Shown: positions 8,797-17,886 of the stretch, piece after piece
Position numbering within the stretch: the first letter of the stretch is position 1
Layout: each line of letters starts with the position of its first letter
Virus record (IMG/VR): IMGVR_UViG_2861079508_000005
DNA from: a virus
Taxonomy: Duplodnaviria > Heunggongvirae > Uroviricota > Caudoviricetes
Strand: one strand, 5' to 3'
Length of the DNA stretch: 28,687 bases
Made by a program: the position numbers and the translations under genes
The notes under the pieces: model-generated
Told to the model about the DNA's origin: nothing
Databases searched by the model: none
What the model saw: the letters and a program-made list of their open reading frames with translations, nothing else

Positions 8797-9981
8797 CTAC
8801 CGTCCTATCGAAATATAACTGAATCTGTATTGCTGTGAGATATCACTGGTTGCCACACGCCACGCTGAATTACTGATATGTTCAAAATTTACAGACAAAA
8901 CCTGCGGGGCAGGATTCGACGGGTCTGACTGAACGGCATCAGACATAACACTGACTGAAACCATCGGCTGATTAGGGAATGGTATAGGGAAGTGTCCACT
9001 GATAAAGCGGGTCGAGTTTCCTGAAAAAGTGCCAAACTGAACAATATATCCACCTGGTAGCCTGAACCATCCCGAACCAGAAGCGAATGCTCCCATATCC
9101 GGTATCTGATTATCTCCTGTGCCCACATCCCTTTTCGCCGCTTCTCCCAAACCAAGGTATGCGAGAAGACCGGCAACATCCTTCCCACTCAAATGAGTCA
9201 GCGTCTCATCCAGTGGCTGCTTACCTGACAGCGCATTGTTAATGGTGGTGCTGAATTTCGGGTCATTGTTAATGGCTGCGGCAATTTCTTTCAGTGTATC
9301 CAGCGTGGCAGGCGCACCGTTAATCAGAGCGGTAATAGCGGCCTGTACAAACGCAGTGGTCGCAATCCGCGTGGTGTTATTTCCTGCGGCAGGCGTCGGC
9401 GCTTTTGGTTCTCCGGTAAATGTCGGATTATGTTTCTGTGCATACTGGGTATGAGGATCCTGTGCGGCAATGTGGTTTCTCATCTGGTCATCCACATACA
9501 GCTTTAATTCCAGGACTTCATCATCCACGTATTTACGGGTCGCCAGTACCACCGACGGGTCGATTTTCAGCGTGATGGCTTCGGTATTCGTGACAACCAG
9601 AATCATGCGGATAGTCTGGGTACGACCGCTGCCTTCCTGCAACTGCGGTTTGTACGTTTCCGGGCAGTTCGCCACCGCAATGAGTACGCCTTCATCATCA
9701 TAAAGCCCAATCTCACGGATCCAGAATCCGCCCTCGTTCTCAGGGATGATTTGCTCCGCAATAATCTGGCTCTGGTTGTTCGGGTCAACACTCAGAAGAT
9801 TCAGCGGCGCGATGCGTTTCTGGTTAATCAGTTTTGTCTGTGCCGGGTCTGGTGTCGGCAAGACACCATTCGCATCACCAACGGCCATTTGCGTCAGATT
9901 CAGCTTACTGCCGAGCATCGTCGCGTTAGCCAGCCGTGCTGCGCCCTGATTAGTCAGAATGGCGTAGTATTTCACTGTCAT
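8797..9981 (-). CDS. H: tail fibre protein gpH (constant N-terminal part plus currently expressed variable tip)
   Basis: N-terminal region (...AVGD...GGFW.RE.GLYDD.G.LIAVAN..E.YKP.L.EGSGR.Q..RM) matches the conserved P2 H baseplate-attachment domain; 394 aa; the crossover site lies at codons about 272-280. Confidence 0.8.
   Translation of the reverse strand: MTVKYYAILTNQGAARLANATMLGSKLNLTQMAVGDANGVLPTPDPAQTKLINQKRIAPLNLLSVDPNNQSQIIAEQIIPENEGGFWIREIGLYDDEGVLIAVANCPETYKPQLQEGSGRTQTIRMILVVTNTEAITLKIDPSVVLATRKYVDDEVLELKLYVDDQMRNHIAAQDPHTQYAQKHNPTFTGEPKAPTPAAGNNTTRIATTAFVQAAITALINGAPATLDTLKEIAAAINNDPKFSTTINNALSGKQPLDETLTHLSGKDVAGLLAYLGLGEAAKRDVGTGDNQIPDMGAFASGSGWFRLPGGYIVQFGTFSGNSTRFISGHFPIPFPNQPMVSVSVMSDAVQSDPSNPAPQVLSVNFEHISNSAWRVATSDISQQYRFSYISIGR
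9142..9167. repeat. invertase crossover site, right (hix/gix-like)
   Basis: TTCTCCCAAACC-AA-GGTATGCGAGAA inside H; encodes LLAYLGLGE in the H frame. Confidence 0.6.
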
Positions 9982-10589
9982 GCGTTTACTCTCAGGTTAT
10001 CAATTAAATGAATGGCCGAGGCCGGGAAATAATCCCCTCCGACAATAATGGCCTCCGGGGTGTAGGGATAAACCGTCAGGGCGTCGCCGTGATAGCATCC
10101 CGCACCGGCAAAAATGTTGCCGGTTGTACTTAAACTGATAGCCAGTCCCGTCAGATGGCGGCTTGCCGGTTTTGCATCAGCAACGAGGCGCTCCAGCTCC
10201 TGATACATTTCCTCGGTAATACCCTGCTCAAGCACGCCGACAACGATACGGAACGTCCCCGGCTCCTCGTTGAGCTGCCACCACTCCCTCACCTCAATCA
10301 GATAGCCGAGTGGCTCCACCACACGGCGAATCGCACCAATAGTGCCCTTATGGCAGTGAATGAAATACGCATCGCGGATAACAGCGCGTTTTGTCGCTTC
10401 CGGCCACTTATCATCCCAGCGGTCAACCGAAAATGACCACGCCAGCCACGGCAGCAGATTTGCCGGACAGGTATCCGGGTTCCACAGCTCACGAATACTG
10501 ACCGGCGTTTTTTCAATTTCCGCACAGGCTTTTGCGGCGGCAACTTCAAGCAGTGATGAGCCGGTCGGCAGCAGTCGCGAATCACTCAT
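9978..10589 (-). CDS. I: baseplate assembly protein gpI
   Basis: 203 aa ORF between J and H with overlapping stop/start; P2 order J-I-H. Confidence 0.7.
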   Translation of the reverse strand: MSDSRLLPTGSSLLEVAAAKACAEIEKTPVSIRELWNPDTCPANLLPWLAWSFSVDRWDDKWPEATKRAVIRDAYFIHCHKGTIGAIRRVVEPLGYLIEVREWWQLNEEPGTFRIVVGVLEQGITEEMYQELERLVADAKPASRHLTGLAISLSTTGNIFAGAGCYHGDALTVYPYTPEAIIVGGDYFPASAIHLIDNLRVNA

Positions 10590-11490
10590 CCGAGCCTCCG
10601 GTCACGACGCGGTATTCGGTACAGAAAGACGCCTGCGTACTGTTGAGCACGATGTCGGCCAGTGGTGCAGCCAGTTCGACACGCTGCACACCTTCCACAT
10701 GCAAAGCGGCATAAATGGCAGACAGACGGATGTCACGCCCCAGCCGGTGCTGTGCCGTGATATACGCTTCCAGTTTTTTCACGGCGGCAGCGCGGATGGG
10801 TTCGCTTTCGGGACCAGGGTAAAGGTAAAGCGTGGCGTTTATCTGGTATTCAACGATGGCGGCAGACTGCACGGTCACGCGGTCGGCCACCGGCCTGACG
10901 TCCTCGCCATTCAGGGCGTTACGCACCACAGCCAGCAGGTCTTCGGATGCGACACCGTTATTTTCACGTGACAGTACGGAGATGGTGACGCAGGCCGGAG
11001 ACGGACTGGTGACAGAGATATCCGCGACACGCCCGTCGGCACTGCGACCATGATACTGATAGGCTCCCACCGACCCGGCGACGCTTAAGCCCTCAAACGC
11101 CTGCTGAATACGCAGACGATAATCGGTGTCAGATTCCATCACTGCCGGTGTCGGCGGGATAGTCGAATCATCTGCCGGAGTGATAATCAGGCGCGTGGTG
11201 TTGTAATTGGCACCAATCACATCAAGGTCATTACCGGCGGCACAGGCCAGCATCACCGCCCGTGCGGCCTCATTCACACGCTGACGCCAGATAAGCTCAC
11301 GATAAGCATTTTCCTCCAGCAGTTTGACGAGAGGCTCGGATTCCAGCGTCAGGGTACGGGCGACCGCCTCCTGCTGGTCTTCCGGGTAAAGGGAAATCAG
11401 TGTCGCCTTGCGTTCGGCGAGAATGGTTTCAAAGTCCAGCTCCTCGACCACATCCGGTGCGGGTAGCTGGTTCAGGTCGATAATCGGCAT
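10582..11490 (-). CDS. J: baseplate wedge protein gpJ
   Basis: 302 aa ORF; position W-J-I; length matches P2 J. Confidence 0.75.
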   Translation of the reverse strand: MPIIDLNQLPAPDVVEELDFETILAERKATLISLYPEDQQEAVARTLTLESEPLVKLLEENAYRELIWRQRVNEAARAVMLACAAGNDLDVIGANYNTTRLIITPADDSTIPPTPAVMESDTDYRLRIQQAFEGLSVAGSVGAYQYHGRSADGRVADISVTSPSPACVTISVLSRENNGVASEDLLAVVRNALNGEDVRPVADRVTVQSAAIVEYQINATLYLYPGPESEPIRAAAVKKLEAYITAQHRLGRDIRLSAIYAALHVEGVQRVELAAPLADIVLNSTQASFCTEYRVVTGGSDE

Positions 11491-11494
11491 GGTT

Positions 11495-11842
11495 TCAACT
11501 CACAGGGATGGTTAACGAAAGTGGCTGGCCGGTGTCGTTGTGCTGACCTGTTAACGTGACCGTCATTCGCCCGTCAAAACTGCGCGCCGTGGTGACGGAT
11601 GACAGGGTGACGCGGGGTTCCCATTTCAGCACCGCCATGTAACAGGCGACCTTAATCTGCAACTCAAGCGCCGGAGTCTGCGGCTGGTCAATCATTGACG
11701 CCAGCAACGAGCCGTAATCACGACGCATCACCCGTGAGCCGACCGGTGTGCGCAGGATATCGCCGATACTCTGGCTGATATGCTCAAGGTCAATGACCGT
11801 CAGGCCATCACTGCGATTCATTCCGAGATAACGCGCTGTCAT
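11495..11842 (-). CDS. W: baseplate protein gpW (gp25-like)
   Basis: 115 aa ORF between V and J. Confidence 0.7.
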   Translation of the reverse strand: MTARYLGMNRSDGLTVIDLEHISQSIGDILRTPVGSRVMRRDYGSLLASMIDQPQTPALELQIKVACYMAVLKWEPRVTLSSVTTARSFDGRMTVTLTGQHNDTGQPLSLTIPVS

Positions 11843-12474
11843 AAAGGACTCCCGGTTGTGCCGCCGCTGTCGCCGGGGTGTTTGTGGGCATGCAGTACCT
11901 TACCGTTTGATGAGAGTTCACCGCCGGTGTGTTCAATGTTGCCGCGCATCGTCCCGCCCTTCTGCACTTCCAGCGTGCCGGTAGTCAGTTTGTTAGTGCA
12001 GACCACTTCTGGTGTGTCCAGGGTGACGCGGGTTGATGCTTTCACCGTGACCACCGGTACCGTGGCAGTAACAGAATCAGAAGCCGTCACGCTGGCCGTT
12101 TTAATTCCGCTTACCGTGAGTGCACTGGTTTCGGGTTCATACTCAATCACCGCCCCGTCAGGGAAACGGATATGCAGGGCATCCGCCGACGCAGACGGCG
12201 CAGGGTTATCGCCGGAATAAATCCCCGGCAGAACGAACGCCGTGTCGAGTTCACCGCCCACGGCCAGAATCAGCACCTGCTCCCCCACGGAAGGTGCCCA
12301 CCATGTGCGCGAACGCCCGGCACGACAGGTCAGCCACTGAAGCCAGTCGGTGCACATGCCGCCGGTCTGCACACGGCAGCGACCGGCGTTAAGGTCGGTT
12401 TCGACGACAAGGCCGGTGCGAATCATGTTGCGCAGTGCGCGCGCGAGTTCCTGAATATTTGCGAGAGTGTTCAT
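11839..12474 (-). CDS. V: baseplate spike protein gpV
   Basis: 211 aa ORF; position S-V-W. Confidence 0.7.
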   Translation of the reverse strand: MNTLANIQELARALRNMIRTGLVVETDLNAGRCRVQTGGMCTDWLQWLTCRAGRSRTWWAPSVGEQVLILAVGGELDTAFVLPGIYSGDNPAPSASADALHIRFPDGAVIEYEPETSALTVSGIKTASVTASDSVTATVPVVTVKASTRVTLDTPEVVCTNKLTTGTLEVQKGGTMRGNIEHTGGELSSNGKVLHAHKHPGDSGGTTGSPL

Positions 12475-12540
12475 AACGGGAAGGATGCCGCCGGGTCATA
12501 CCGGCGGCAATGTGACGATGAGGTGTCAGGAATGGCACAA

Positions 12541-12993
12541 CTAACGGTCGAGGTGAGCCAGGATAATCTCTTCAATCATCTGCACATCCTCACTGGTAAA
12601 GCCGAGCAGAGGACGCGCCGGATAATCAATTTTCTTACCGTCTTTCCGGTTTTCTTCCGACAGACCGAACTGATGCACGCTGGCGATTTTCGGTGACTTC
12701 CCGCCGTAAAACTCCATTGATGCCTGTTCCGGGCTGGCGCGGATATGCAAAAAACGACTGGTGATAAGTTTCGCAAACATTTTTCGCTTAACACGACCAG
12801 TCTTTTTTCTGGCGCTCTGCTGCTGGCGTGGCGCGTAGGGTGTGCCGTCCGGGGCTTTCTGAGCCATCACCCGACGCTGCTGACTCTGCCGCAGACGTTT
12901 CGCCAGTTCGGCGCTCAGTCGCCGACGCCCTGACGGTGACAGCGATTCAATCAGTCCGGTCAGCCGGTCTTCAAAACGCTTAAACTCATTCAT
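12541..12993 (-). CDS. S: tail completion protein gpS
   Basis: 150 aa ORF; P2 order R-S-V. Confidence 0.65.
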   Translation of the reverse strand: MNEFKRFEDRLTGLIESLSPSGRRRLSAELAKRLRQSQQRRVMAQKAPDGTPYAPRQQQSARKKTGRVKRKMFAKLITSRFLHIRASPEQASMEFYGGKSPKIASVHQFGLSEENRKDGKKIDYPARPLLGFTSEDVQMIEEIILAHLDR

Positions 12994-13453
12994 CCCACTT
13001 GCTCACCAGTTCGCCATTGATATAAAGCTCCACCGGGCGGGTGACCGGCTCCGGCGGCGTGGGTTCCGGGATATTCTTCACATGCAGTGCGCCGTCAACC
13101 TCACTGACCAGCGTGCGCTCGGTCAGCATCAGGCTGATACTGATATCAAAGCTGCTGTCATTGTTGATGTCCGCATAAAACGTGAAGCCCTTTTTCTGGC
13201 CTTCGTCGGTGGTCATGATGTCGGGCTGATTTTCCCGCAGCCACGCCAGCACCGGCACAATGAGCAGGTCAAAATCACCGGTAAAGTCGGTCACAATGAC
13301 ATTGAGCGTGTAACGCTTTTCGAATGACAACGACGCCGCCAGCGTGGAGGCAATACTCCCGTTATCCACGAATATCCGCAGCATATCGGGGTTAGTTTTC
13401 AGCACCGTGACGGCATCAGTCAGCGCCCTGCGCAGGCTGTCGGGTTTGAGCAT
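12986..13453 (-). CDS. R: tail completion protein gpR
   Basis: 155 aa ORF after the lysis genes; overlaps the S start. Confidence 0.65.
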   Translation of the reverse strand: MLKPDSLRRALTDAVTVLKTNPDMLRIFVDNGSIASTLAASLSFEKRYTLNVIVTDFTGDFDLLIVPVLAWLRENQPDIMTTDEGQKKGFTFYADINNDSSFDISISLMLTERTLVSEVDGALHVKNIPEPTPPEPVTRPVELYINGELVSKWDE

Positions 13454-13706
13454 CGTTTTCGTCCTGACAGTGTTTAATCATTTTTACCTGGCTGGCACAG
13501 CGTGCCAGCGCGTTCTCAAGCTGCCGGATATCGGCACTTAAATCACCGTTCGTCTCCGGGTCAATGCCCGGCATCGGGCAAAGACTCACTTTCGGGCAGG
13601 CGTTGTGGACAATCACTGGCGTCGGCGCAGGCGGGGCGCTGGTGCAACCGGCGCACAGTATCAGGCAGGTCAGCGCCGTACCAGCGGCGAAAATCTTCGT
13701 TTTCAT
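13416..13706 (-). CDS. lysC: LysC, Rz1-like outer-membrane lipoprotein (o-spanin), embedded out of frame in lysB
   Basis: Internal start MKTKIFAAGTALTCLILCAGC with signal peptide and lipobox LCAGC, followed by a Pro-rich segment; 96 codons; overlaps lysB and R. Confidence 0.65.
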   Translation of the reverse strand: MKTKIFAAGTALTCLILCAGCTSAPPAPTPVIVHNACPKVSLCPMPGIDPETNGDLSADIRQLENALARCASQVKMIKHCQDENDAQTRQPAQGAD

Positions 13707-13986
13707 TGAGTAACCTCGTGATGGCTTTCTCGCGCTGTGCTTCACGCTTCGCGGCGCTCTCCAGTTCCTGACGCAGTGCCACCTGCGCCAGCTCGTTTTT
13801 GTCTGCCCTGGTGAGAGCAACATGAAGCTGATTTTTCAGCATGGTGATGGTCGTCTGCTGCCCGCTGGCGACGTTGTTCGCCCTGTCCAGCGAGGCGCGC
13901 AGGCTGGCATTTTTGTGTTTCACCAGAAACAGACCGGACACCGCCAGCGATAACAACACGACCAGCACAATCATCAGCTTTGACAT
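13561..13986 (-). CDS. lysB: LysB, Rz-like i-spanin
   Basis: 141 aa; N-terminal transmembrane helix (LMIVLVVLLSLAVSGLFLV) then a charged coiled-coil-like region; position after lysA. Confidence 0.65.
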   Translation of the reverse strand: MSKLMIVLVVLLSLAVSGLFLVKHKNASLRASLDRANNVASGQQTTITMLKNQLHVALTRADKNELAQVALRQELESAAKREAQREKAITRLLNENEDFRRWYGADLPDTVRRLHQRPACADASDCPQRLPESESLPDAGH

Positions 13987-14399
13987 GGTTCCCGCTCCTC
14001 AAGACGCTGACGGCAGGCCGTACATATCAGCCGGAAGAACAGCGACGCCACGAGATAAATCAGCGCGGTAAAAATCCACCCGGCAGCGACCAGCGAGATA
14101 AACGTCGCCACCATCACCACCAGAGCCGCTGCCCGCCTGCGCCACGGCACCGGCTGCAAAAACAGCGACGTGACAATCTTCACGGCCAGCGATTCCGGTG
14201 GCAGCTCCCGCCCGTAGCGTTCCAGCACATACTCAGTGGCATACACCCCGACACCACCGGCAACCACACAGATAACCGTCGCCAGAATCGCCCAGGCGGC
14301 GACAAAACTGACGGCCACGCTCTGCGGGTAAATCAGGGACAGTGCCAGCATCAGTGCCAGCGACACGTTCAGCATCAGTGAAAGGGATAATTTCTTCAT
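13974..14399 (-). CDS. lysA: LysA membrane protein (lysis timing)
   Basis: 141 aa; several hydrophobic predicted transmembrane segments; position between K and lysB. Confidence 0.6.
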   Translation of the reverse strand: MKKLSLSLMLNVSLALMLALSLIYPQSVAVSFVAAWAILATVICVVAGGVGVYATEYVLERYGRELPPESLAVKIVTSLFLQPVPWRRRAAALVVMVATFISLVAAGWIFTALIYLVASLFFRLICTACRQRLEEREPCQS

Positions 14400-14413
14400 G
14401 GTGTTTACTCCGT

Positions 14414-14911
14414 TTAAGCCGGTACGCCGCCAGCGGTACGCCAGACGGTGACCAGTTTTTCCAGTGAATGCTCACGCTGACCGTAACCGGCACCCGGCAG
14501 GGACGCCCAGATATTGCGACAGCGTGAAATGGCGCGCTCAATGCGTCCCGCCCGGATGTCATCCAGTGCACCGCGTTCGCGGATCAACTGAATGGCGAGT
14601 CTGTCCTGTGACAACGGACTGAAATCAGGCAGGGCAAGCTGTTTACGGTAGTGCGGCCAGAACAGGTAAAGCTGCTGATAGCGACCGGAGGCCGTGGATT
14701 TTTCACCGCGACGGTTAAACACCTTCGCTGGTCGGCCATGTGCGAACGGGTGGTCACTGTAGTCGGTGAAAATTTCCGGCTTTCCGTCCAGTCCGGTGAC
14801 TATCACGTCATAGCCCCGGTTTTTCGTCAGCGGATGATTCGCCGTCCCTTCGGACACGGCCAGCATGTCGAGAAAGGCGGCGATATTCTGATGTGTGTTA
14901 ATTACCGGCAT
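14414..14911 (-). CDS. K: endolysin gpK
   Basis: 165 aa ORF immediately after the holin; P2 Y-K arrangement. Confidence 0.75.
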   Translation of the reverse strand: MPVINTHQNIAAFLDMLAVSEGTANHPLTKNRGYDVIVTGLDGKPEIFTDYSDHPFAHGRPAKVFNRRGEKSTASGRYQQLYLFWPHYRKQLALPDFSPLSQDRLAIQLIRERGALDDIRAGRIERAISRCRNIWASLPGAGYGQREHSLEKLVTVWRTAGGVPA

Positions 14912-15192
14912 TACGGTTTCCCCCTGCCCTTAAAGCGGCGCTGAATGGCAATCTCAATCACCTGATAACCGGCGATACCCAGCATGGAGCCAATGCCGCA
15001 CACCGCAGGCAGTGACAGGTCAGGAAACTGCACCAGAACAACACCGGCAACCATCGAGACAAAACCACCAAGCAACATGCGCCCGATAAACAGACGCGGG
15101 GTGATGGGTTCACCACCGGCAAGCACCTTGCCGACAACAATCAGCACCCCAATCATGAAAAGCGACAGGACGCTTTTTTCTTCTGCTGTCAT
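14911..15192 (-). CDS. Y: holin gpY
   Basis: 93 aa with hydrophobic transmembrane segments and a charged C-terminus; start overlaps upstream gene (ATGA). Confidence 0.7.
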   Translation of the reverse strand: MTAEEKSVLSLFMIGVLIVVGKVLAGGEPITPRLFIGRMLLGGFVSMVAGVVLVQFPDLSLPAVCGIGSMLGIAGYQVIEIAIQRRFKGRGKP

Positions 15193-15195
15193 GCG

Positions 15196-15399
15196 TTACT
15201 CCCACAGATTGACAGTTTCAGCCACGGGCGCGGTCTGAACGTCGGGCAGTTCGACGGCGGTGCCGTGCGGCAGCACCGCACCCAGTTCAGCCAGTCCCGG
15301 ATTTGCGGCGAGCACGGCCCCGACCACGCCCTCAGTGCGCCCGTAATACCGGACACAAATGGCGTCGAGCGTGTCGCCCTGTAGCGCAAAGGTCTTCAT
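15196..15399 (-). CDS. X: tail protein gpX
   Basis: 67-codon ORF from internal ATG (MKTFALQGDTLDAICVRYYGR...); the track ORF is N-extended. Confidence 0.6.
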   Translation of the reverse strand: MKTFALQGDTLDAICVRYYGRTEGVVGAVLAANPGLAELGAVLPHGTAVELPDVQTAPVAETVNLWE

Positions 15400-15908
15400 C
15401 AGATTTGACTCACGATGCAGCGCGGCTTGTCCTGGATGCGCGCCACTGCCCAGCGCATATCCCGCCACAGCTCATCAATGGTGCTGTCAATGCTGTCGGC
15501 CTTCTTGTCGCCTTTCGCACTGGCATCCACGCCGCGATAACGCTCATAAAGCGACGCGGTCGCCATCGCACACACGGCGCGCTCGTAGTAAAAAACTTTG
15601 ATGCTTTCACCGTCGATATCGTCTGCCGGAACGTCCGCCAGACGCGTAAAACCGGCGGCAATTTTCTGTTCGCGGTACTCGTACAGCTCCGCATTTGTTT
15701 CCGCCATGCCTGACTTGATGGCCTCACGCAGACGGGCGGGGGCGACGGTCTGCTCAAGGCGCATACGTTCCCGGACGCGCTTCGGGTCGATATCGGGAAA
15801 AAAGAACGTGTTTTTAATCACCGGCTCGTCGCCTGCCGGTTGCGGGATGACCACCGTACCCTCACCGGACACGGGAGCCTCCTTTCGCGGAATAATCAGC
15901 GTCATCAT
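15399..15908 (-). CDS. L: head completion protein gpL
   Basis: 169-codon ORF from internal start MMTLIIPRK; position M-L-X. Confidence 0.65.
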   Translation of the reverse strand: MMTLIIPRKEAPVSGEGTVVIPQPAGDEPVIKNTFFFPDIDPKRVRERMRLEQTVAPARLREAIKSGMAETNAELYEYREQKIAAGFTRLADVPADDIDGESIKVFYYERAVCAMATASLYERYRGVDASAKGDKKADSIDSTIDELWRDMRWAVARIQDKPRCIVSQI

Positions 15909-16007
15909 GACTACCTCTGAAAAGTCGGGCGGTGGACGCCGGTGCAGTGTCAGGTGATTCACCCTCACTGACCGGCGTGCCGCCCTGGCGCGGGGCGCAT
16001 TCGGTTG

Positions 16008-16751
16008 TTAACTGGCTTTCTTTTTCGGGCGTCCACGTTTTGCCGGTGTCACGCTCCGGGTCTTACGCGTGGCACGGGTGGCCGCTTTGGGTTGCGGCTC
16101 CGGCTTCGGTTTCAGCTCCCGCTCCAGTCGTTCAATCTCTTTTTTGACGCCTGCCTGACAGTCGAGCTGTGTCGCACGTTGCAGGTGAGCCAGCGCCCCT
16201 GCGGCATTACCGGCGTCACGCAGAAACAGACCGGTGATTTTGTGCAGCTTTGCGCGCACTTCATCAGGCATGTCAGCCGTGGCGGTCAGTTCAAGGGTGT
16301 CCGTCAGCAGGCGGGTATCCACAGACTCACCGGCAGCGTGAGCGCGCATGGCCGCAAGCGCCACCTCCTCGGTGAACATGTACGGCGGGGTACGGCGGTG
16401 TTTACCCGGCATGGTCAGACCGTACTTCAGGGCATAACGGGCAATCTCCAGCGCACCGGCAATATCGCCGGTATCCAGACGCCACAGCATGACCGTCATC
16501 AGAATGTCATCCTGTGCACCTTTGCCCTGCTCCAGCACGCCGTTCACCCACGGCAACCAGAACGGCAGCAGTTCGCGTTTTTTCGCGGCCTTCAGCTCTT
16601 TTGAATAAATCGCTTTCAGTGTGCGCTGGTCTGCGGCGAGCTTAACCAGCATCTGCTCATAGACAGTTGCATGTCGCAGCGGGGCGGCTTCCCGCTGCGC
16701 GGTCATCGCTGCCGAGACCCGCATCATGTGGCGCTGTGCGGGACTCGTCAT
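16008..16751 (-). CDS. M: terminase small subunit gpM
   Basis: 247 aa with a basic Lys/Arg-rich C-terminal tail; position N-M-L. Confidence 0.7.
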   Translation of the reverse strand: MTSPAQRHMMRVSAAMTAQREAAPLRHATVYEQMLVKLAADQRTLKAIYSKELKAAKKRELLPFWLPWVNGVLEQGKGAQDDILMTVMLWRLDTGDIAGALEIARYALKYGLTMPGKHRRTPPYMFTEEVALAAMRAHAAGESVDTRLLTDTLELTATADMPDEVRAKLHKITGLFLRDAGNAAGALAHLQRATQLDCQAGVKKEIERLERELKPKPEPQPKAATRATRKTRSVTPAKRGRPKKKAS

Positions 16752-16754
16752 CGG

Positions 16755-17828
16755 TTACGCTCCCGGCTCTGCGGTCGCTTTAGCCGGTGTGGAGAAATCA
16801 CCGACCTTAATTTTTTCCACCAGACAACCGGCGGCGTAGTCCTCCACCACGTAATCAATGTTCATTGACTCGTAGTTCTCCACGCGGTCGAGTTTCGGGT
16901 TTTCCTCAATCACGCGGCGATGGCTGTCATCCATGTAGTAGATGGACAGGTTTTCCAGCTTCGTGATGAGCATCGCATCCGCCGGGAAGTACGGGACGCG
17001 TACCGCTGGCAGGTTACCGATGCGTTTCTGGCTGATGATGACGTCAGCGGCCAGCATTTCGCTGTTGTCCTGCTCCTTGTTAACGATGGGGAAATACTTG
17101 TCCGCCAGTAACTGACGCCCCACAATCACCACAAGGTCAGGGTCTTCCTGATACCACGGCTCAATCAGGTTGTTGGTCGCATCCATCACCAGTGCATCAA
17201 GGCTGGCATAATCACCGCCCTTACCCACGCGGATGACCTCAGAGGTCGTGTGACCTTCCTCGTCAGTGACCTTGCTCATCACGCGCGCCGGTGCTTCATT
17301 GCGGTATTTCTGCAGCCAGCCGACCGCCACATCCTGCAGCATCGGATTACTGTTGCGGTCAGAGGTTTCGGCACGCTTCACGCCGTTAAAACCGGCCATG
17401 ATGAAATCAAGGGACTGGCGTTTGATAATGGCGTTACGGATACGGAGCTGAAAATCCTGATAACGCGCCCACAGGTCAAGCGTTTTATAGCGGATATAAA
17501 AATCGAAGTTGATCTGGTCGCATTCGTACTTGTTGGACTCCAGCTTCGAGAAGTCCTTCGGCTGACGCTCGGTGCCACCGGCGGTGTCGGTGGTGCTGGC
17601 AATGGAGCCGGTGACACCGACGCCAATTTTTTCCCCTTTCATTTCGCTGACCGGCACAATATTGATGCGGGTCAGAAAGTCGGAAGACTCCTGCATGGTG
17701 TCCATCAGGGTCTGGGTGACCGAAGGTTCAACGGTGAATTTTTTCGACACATCACCGGCGTCGATGCCGTTCAGTTCGGCAACACGGGACAGGTAGGCAT
17801 TAAATTTAAAGCGGGTTTCCTGGCGCAT
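16755..17828 (-). CDS. N: major capsid protein gpN
   Basis: 357 aa; position O-N-M. Confidence 0.8.
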   Translation of the reverse strand: MRQETRFKFNAYLSRVAELNGIDAGDVSKKFTVEPSVTQTLMDTMQESSDFLTRINIVPVSEMKGEKIGVGVTGSIASTTDTAGGTERQPKDFSKLESNKYECDQINFDFYIRYKTLDLWARYQDFQLRIRNAIIKRQSLDFIMAGFNGVKRAETSDRNSNPMLQDVAVGWLQKYRNEAPARVMSKVTDEEGHTTSEVIRVGKGGDYASLDALVMDATNNLIEPWYQEDPDLVVIVGRQLLADKYFPIVNKEQDNSEMLAADVIISQKRIGNLPAVRVPYFPADAMLITKLENLSIYYMDDSHRRVIEENPKLDRVENYESMNIDYVVEDYAAGCLVEKIKVGDFSTPAKATAEPGA

Positions 17829-17886
17829 ATTTTTTCCTGAAATTAAGGGTTAATCGTGAAGGTTTGCCCGGACTGGCTGACGCCGG

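Noticed and set aside
8351-8818. 155-aa plus-strand ORF overlapping gene G
   Set aside because: Antisense to the tail-fibre assembly gene and Cys/Phe-rich low-complexity translation; the real plus-strand gene in this area ends at 8382
12475-12540. Ogr-type TGT-N12-ACA dyad upstream of V (also upstream of FI at 6603-6661)
   Set aside because: Only imperfect candidates found by eye (for example TGT-N10-ACA); late promoters are very likely present in these gaps but positions cannot be supported without a matrix search
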